From Methanothermobacter thermautotrophicus str. Delta H (GTDB taxonomy: Archaea; Methanobacteriota; Methanobacteria; Methanobacteriales; Methanothermobacteraceae): a stretch of 32,000 nucleotides of DNA. Location: NCBI RefSeq assembly GCF_000008645.1, contig NC_000916.1, positions 660,001 to 692,000 of the forward strand, written 5' to 3'. The notes below the pieces were generated by a model. It saw nothing but the letters and a program-made list of their open reading frames with translations, was not told where the DNA came from and made no database searches. The position numbers and the translations under genes were made by a program. Shown piece after piece: positions 29,049 to 32,000 of this stretch (the first letter of the stretch is position 1; the number at the start of each line of letters is the position of its first letter).

Positions 29049-30200
29049 TTAACCAGCAGACCTGAATCCTTCAAGTCCAAGAAGAATGACCAGAGCTGCG
29101 GACTGTGTGATGATCGAGAATGCCACAAGTCCCGGTACAGAGAGTCCATAGAGGTAACTCATGATGAGGCTTCCTGAAAACCATGCCACGCCGAAGATGG
29201 TGTTAAATGTACCGTAGGCAGAGCCCCTCCTCTCCGGAGATGAGAATGCAGAAACAGCCGCCCTCATAACAGACTCCTGGGCCCCCATGCCCACACCCCA
29301 GAGTACAGCACCCATAACTGCAGCCCATGAACCTCCAAGGAATGAGAGGGGTGCATAGAACATTGAAACGAGAACCGCGAGGGCCATCACCCTGAAACCG
29401 TACCTGTCGAAGTATCTGCCAGATACCAGGGCTGAGAGGGCATCGGTGAGCATTGCGAGTGCATATATAATGGGGATGTTTGAGGGATCCAGAACACTCC
29501 TGACTCCAAGGTGATATCCGATCAGTGGGAAATCAGCATACCCCAGGGCAACGAAGCATACCGAGGCAAGGTAAAGCCAGTAAGCCCCCCTGAAATCTCT
29601 GTAATCAATTTCTCCTGATGCTTCAAGTTCAGAGGGCCTCGGGAACATGAGGTAACCGGTGACAAGTACTGCAATGGCTATAGTGGCGGGTGCCAGGAGA
29701 ACCAGGAAGCCCTCCCGGTAGCCTCCGCCGGATGCAAGAACAATGAAGACCATTAAGGGACCTGCAACTGCACCTATCTGATCCAGGGCCTCATGCAACC
29801 CGAATCCGGCTCCATGACCCATATCATAGGAGGCGTAGGATAGCATTGCATCCCTTGGTGGTGTCCTGAGGCCCTTACCGAGCCTCTCAAGTATGATCAG
29901 CAAAACCGCAACCTGCCAGTTACCTGCAAATGCAAGGAGGGGAACTGCAAGGAGGTTGATAAGGTACCCGGCAAAGGTTATGAGCCAGTACCTCCCGGTT
30001 CTATCAGAGATGTAGCCCGAGAGAAACCTCACAAGGTATCCAGATAGCTCCCCGAAACCGGCTGCAAATCCAACCATGAATGCGCTTGCACCCAGAAAAG
30101 CCAGAAATGGACCCGTTATCCCCCTACCACCCTCATAGGTCATATCAGCGAAGAGGCTCACGATTCCGAGGATTACAATGAATACCGTTGATTTCCTCAT
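29049..30200 (-). CDS. Major facilitator superfamily transporter
   Basis: About 12 TM segments; VRFLSGYISDRTGRYWLITFAGYL and LERLGKGLRTPPRDAMLSYASYDMGHGAGFGLHEALDQIGAVAGPL. Confidence 0.9.
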   Translation of the reverse strand: MRKSTVFIVILGIVSLFADMTYEGGRGITGPFLAFLGASAFMVGFAAGFGELSGYLVRFLSGYISDRTGRYWLITFAGYLINLLAVPLLAFAGNWQVAVLLIILERLGKGLRTPPRDAMLSYASYDMGHGAGFGLHEALDQIGAVAGPLMVFIVLASGGGYREGFLVLLAPATIAIAVLVTGYLMFPRPSELEASGEIDYRDFRGAYWLYLASVCFVALGYADFPLIGYHLGVRSVLDPSNIPIIYALAMLTDALSALVSGRYFDRYGFRVMALAVLVSMFYAPLSFLGGSWAAVMGAVLWGVGMGAQESVMRAAVSAFSSPERRGSAYGTFNTIFGVAWFSGSLIMSYLYGLSVPGLVAFSIITQSAALVILLGLEGFRSAG

Positions 30201-30246
30201 GATGGTACTCCCTTCAACAAGATTTCCTCAGCATGCGAGCAGTGTT

Positions 30247-31017
30247 TCACCATCCATGAATACTGGCCAGCATGTAAATTGCCCTGTAGGTGTACTCCGG
30301 TTCAGATATCCCCATATAGACGGACCTCCTGAAACCACCATCGGGATTCCTTATTTTCATTATAAACCGTGTGACATCACTCACCTTACCCCTCAGGATC
30401 TCATTGATGCGGAACCCCGAATGGACGGTTTCAATGTATGGTGGATATGATATGGGTGTGAAGTTCCAGGCACCATCCGAGAAGCAGGAGTCTGTGAACT
30501 GAAGGACCTCATCGCCCGGAATCTTCATGCCATGGCCGTTGAGTATCTCAAGGGCAAAGCGGGTGTTGATTATATCTGAACCATAGGCACCGAATCCCCC
30601 ATCCTCATTCTGAATTGAGAGGACCCATTCCGGTATTTCATCAAGGTATTCCCCATGCATCCTGAGGACGGAGTCCATGTAGAAGGTTATCTCAAGGCTT
30701 GATTTCCTGTATGATGTCCTCAGCATCTCAGTGAATTTCTCAGGTATTTCAAAGTTCCTGCCATAATCCCTGAGGATACTGCACCTGTAGAAGAGTCCCT
30801 GGGCAGCGAAGGTCCCTCCCCTGTGGACATCCTCGAGCCAGTCCAGGGTCTCCTCAAGCCGGGGCGGCTCATGGTCAAGGACCTCGAAGGACCTGATGGC
30901 ATAGTAGGTGTTCTTTGAATCTGGCAGTCCCTCATAGAGTGTGTAACCGCCGCTGGAATGTCTCCTTTTATTGAGAAAACTTATGACCGAATTTTTCAGT
31001 GCTGGGGGATCAAACAT
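30247..31017 (-). CDS. Prenyltransferase/squalene-oxidase-repeat (terpenoid cyclase-like toroid) protein
   Basis: QW/PFTB-like repeats: EWVLSIQNEDGGFGAYG, RFIMKIRNPDGGFRRSVYMGISEPEYTYRAIYML, SDGAWNF. Confidence 0.78.
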   Translation of the reverse strand: MFDPPALKNSVISFLNKRRHSSGGYTLYEGLPDSKNTYYAIRSFEVLDHEPPRLEETLDWLEDVHRGGTFAAQGLFYRCSILRDYGRNFEIPEKFTEMLRTSYRKSSLEITFYMDSVLRMHGEYLDEIPEWVLSIQNEDGGFGAYGSDIINTRFALEILNGHGMKIPGDEVLQFTDSCFSDGAWNFTPISYPPYIETVHSGFRINEILRGKVSDVTRFIMKIRNPDGGFRRSVYMGISEPEYTYRAIYMLASIHGW

Positions 31018-31119
31018 TCATAACCTCCCTCTCAGGGCACACAAATATATATGGATTCCAGTTTAATATAATAAACCTAACATTTATCATTTAAATAAAT
31101 CGTTTCTATGAGGAATACC

Positions 31120-32000
31120 ATGATTCAGTCATGTAATGAATGTAAGGGTAAAGGTTACCGTGTTAAGAGTTACAAGATATGCAGCGCATGCCATGGAACA
31201 GGTTTCAGATCAACAGAGGATATAAAGGATCATTTCAAGGGTGTTTCAAACAGTGCAAGGCAGAGGTTCGACCTCGAGGACTCCCATGAGGTCCCCTGTG
31301 AGGTATGCAGGGGTAAGGGTGAGGTGGAGGTGAGGGAAACCTGCCCCACCTGTGGCGGTAAGGGTGAGGTTAACATCTGCCCATCATGTGGAAGGATGAT
31401 GAAGGGTAGGGATGAGTACTGCCCGGAATGTCAGAAGAAGGAGAAGGTCTACATCCTCCACCCTGCATGCACAATGGACGACCTCGAGGTTGGAAGCATA
31501 TACCGTGGGAAGATAACCAGGGTTGAAAAATATGGGGTCTTTGTGAGCCTCAACAGCCACGTCTGGGGACTCATGAGGGGATTGTTCCCAGACTACAAGG
31601 TGGGGGATGAACTATTCGTCAGGGTATCCCAGGTGAAACCCTACAAGGGCGAGGTGGACATGATCCCGGCCAGTATAAAGGGGCCCTACGAGGTTATCAA
31701 GTTAAAGAAGGACCTGCCAAGGACGAGGATAGCAGACATAGATACAAAGAGCCTTGGTAAAACCGTGCGGATAGTGGGGGAGGTCATTCAGATCCAGCAG
31801 ACATCCGGTCCAACCATATTCACGGTATCCGATGAAACCGGGACCACATGGGCTGCGGCCTTCGATGAGCCAGGTATAAGGGTCTACCCCCACATACAGA
31901 TCGGCCACATAGTTGAGGTTATAGGAGAGGTTAACCAGCACACAGGAAAGATTCAGATCGAATCCGAGTCAATTGAACGCCTCATAGGTAATGAAGCTGC
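31120..32000 (+). CDS. DnaJ-type zinc-finger / S1 / OB-fold nucleic-acid-binding protein, 3' end beyond window (likely archaeal DHH/RecJ-like family)
   Basis: MIQSCNECKGKGYRVKSYKICSACHGTGF...CEVCRGKGEVEVRETCPTCGGKGEVNICPSCG, then S1-like VGSIYRGKITRVEKYGVFVSLNSHVWGLM and OB-like KTVRIVGEVIQIQQTSGPTIFTVSDETGTTWAAAF. Open to window end; not in ORF track because no stop. Alternative start 31108. Confidence 0.85.
   Translation, partial: MIQSCNECKGKGYRVKSYKICSACHGTGFRSTEDIKDHFKGVSNSARQRFDLEDSHEVPCEVCRGKGEVEVRETCPTCGGKGEVNICPSCGRMMKGRDEYCPECQKKEKVYILHPACTMDDLEVGSIYRGKITRVEKYGVFVSLNSHVWGLMRGLFPDYKVGDELFVRVSQVKPYKGEVDMIPASIKGPYEVIKLKKDLPRTRIADIDTKSLGKTVRIVGEVIQIQQTSGPTIFTVSDETGTTWAAAFDEPGIRVYPHIQIGHIVEVIGEVNQHTGKIQIESESIERLIGNEA

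Noticed and set aside
1-32000. CRISPR array, transposase/IS element, prophage or toxin-antitoxin/defence system
   Set aside because: Looked for regularly spaced repeats, terminal inverted repeats and transposase, integrase or nuclease motifs; none recognised. The gene content is mainly housekeeping and metabolic.

Overview
This 32 kb window is a compact archaeal methanogen chromosome segment. Gene content, order and codon usage look like Methanothermobacter (inference, no database search). It contains: the 3' part of a proteasome-activating nucleotidase gene; an aMBF1-like regulator; a membrane/secreted gene pair next to a pseudomurein-type cell-wall cluster (Mur ligase, MraY-like transferase, CarB-like ATP-grasp); a hydrogenase maturation protease; NikR; a CBS protein; PheS; a CitG-like protein; HemB; a Cys-rich ferredoxin-like protein overlapping an endonuclease III homologue; an AIM24-family protein; chorismate synthase; a ThrE-like exporter whose 3' end overlaps an antisense tRNA-Thr(CGU); a metallo-beta-lactamase-fold protein; a DUF2121-like protein; a YyaL/DUF255 protein coupled to a His-rich CopB-type ATPase; rubrerythrin plus desulfoferrodoxin; a VOC protein; a lipoprotein; an antiporter; an MFS protein; a prenyltransferase/cyclase-repeat protein; and the start of a DnaJ-zinc-finger/S1/OB protein. 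I found no CRISPR, transposon, phage or obvious defence system. The most actionable results are six apparent single-base frameshifts splitting five conserved genes (several look like one missing G/C in a run), small operator-like palindromes and duplicated intergenic hairpins, and a few under-characterised methanogen proteins. I do not see clear evidence for a wholly new system. The best candidate is the membrane/zinc-ribbon plus POTRA-like pair downstream of the pseudomurein ligase.
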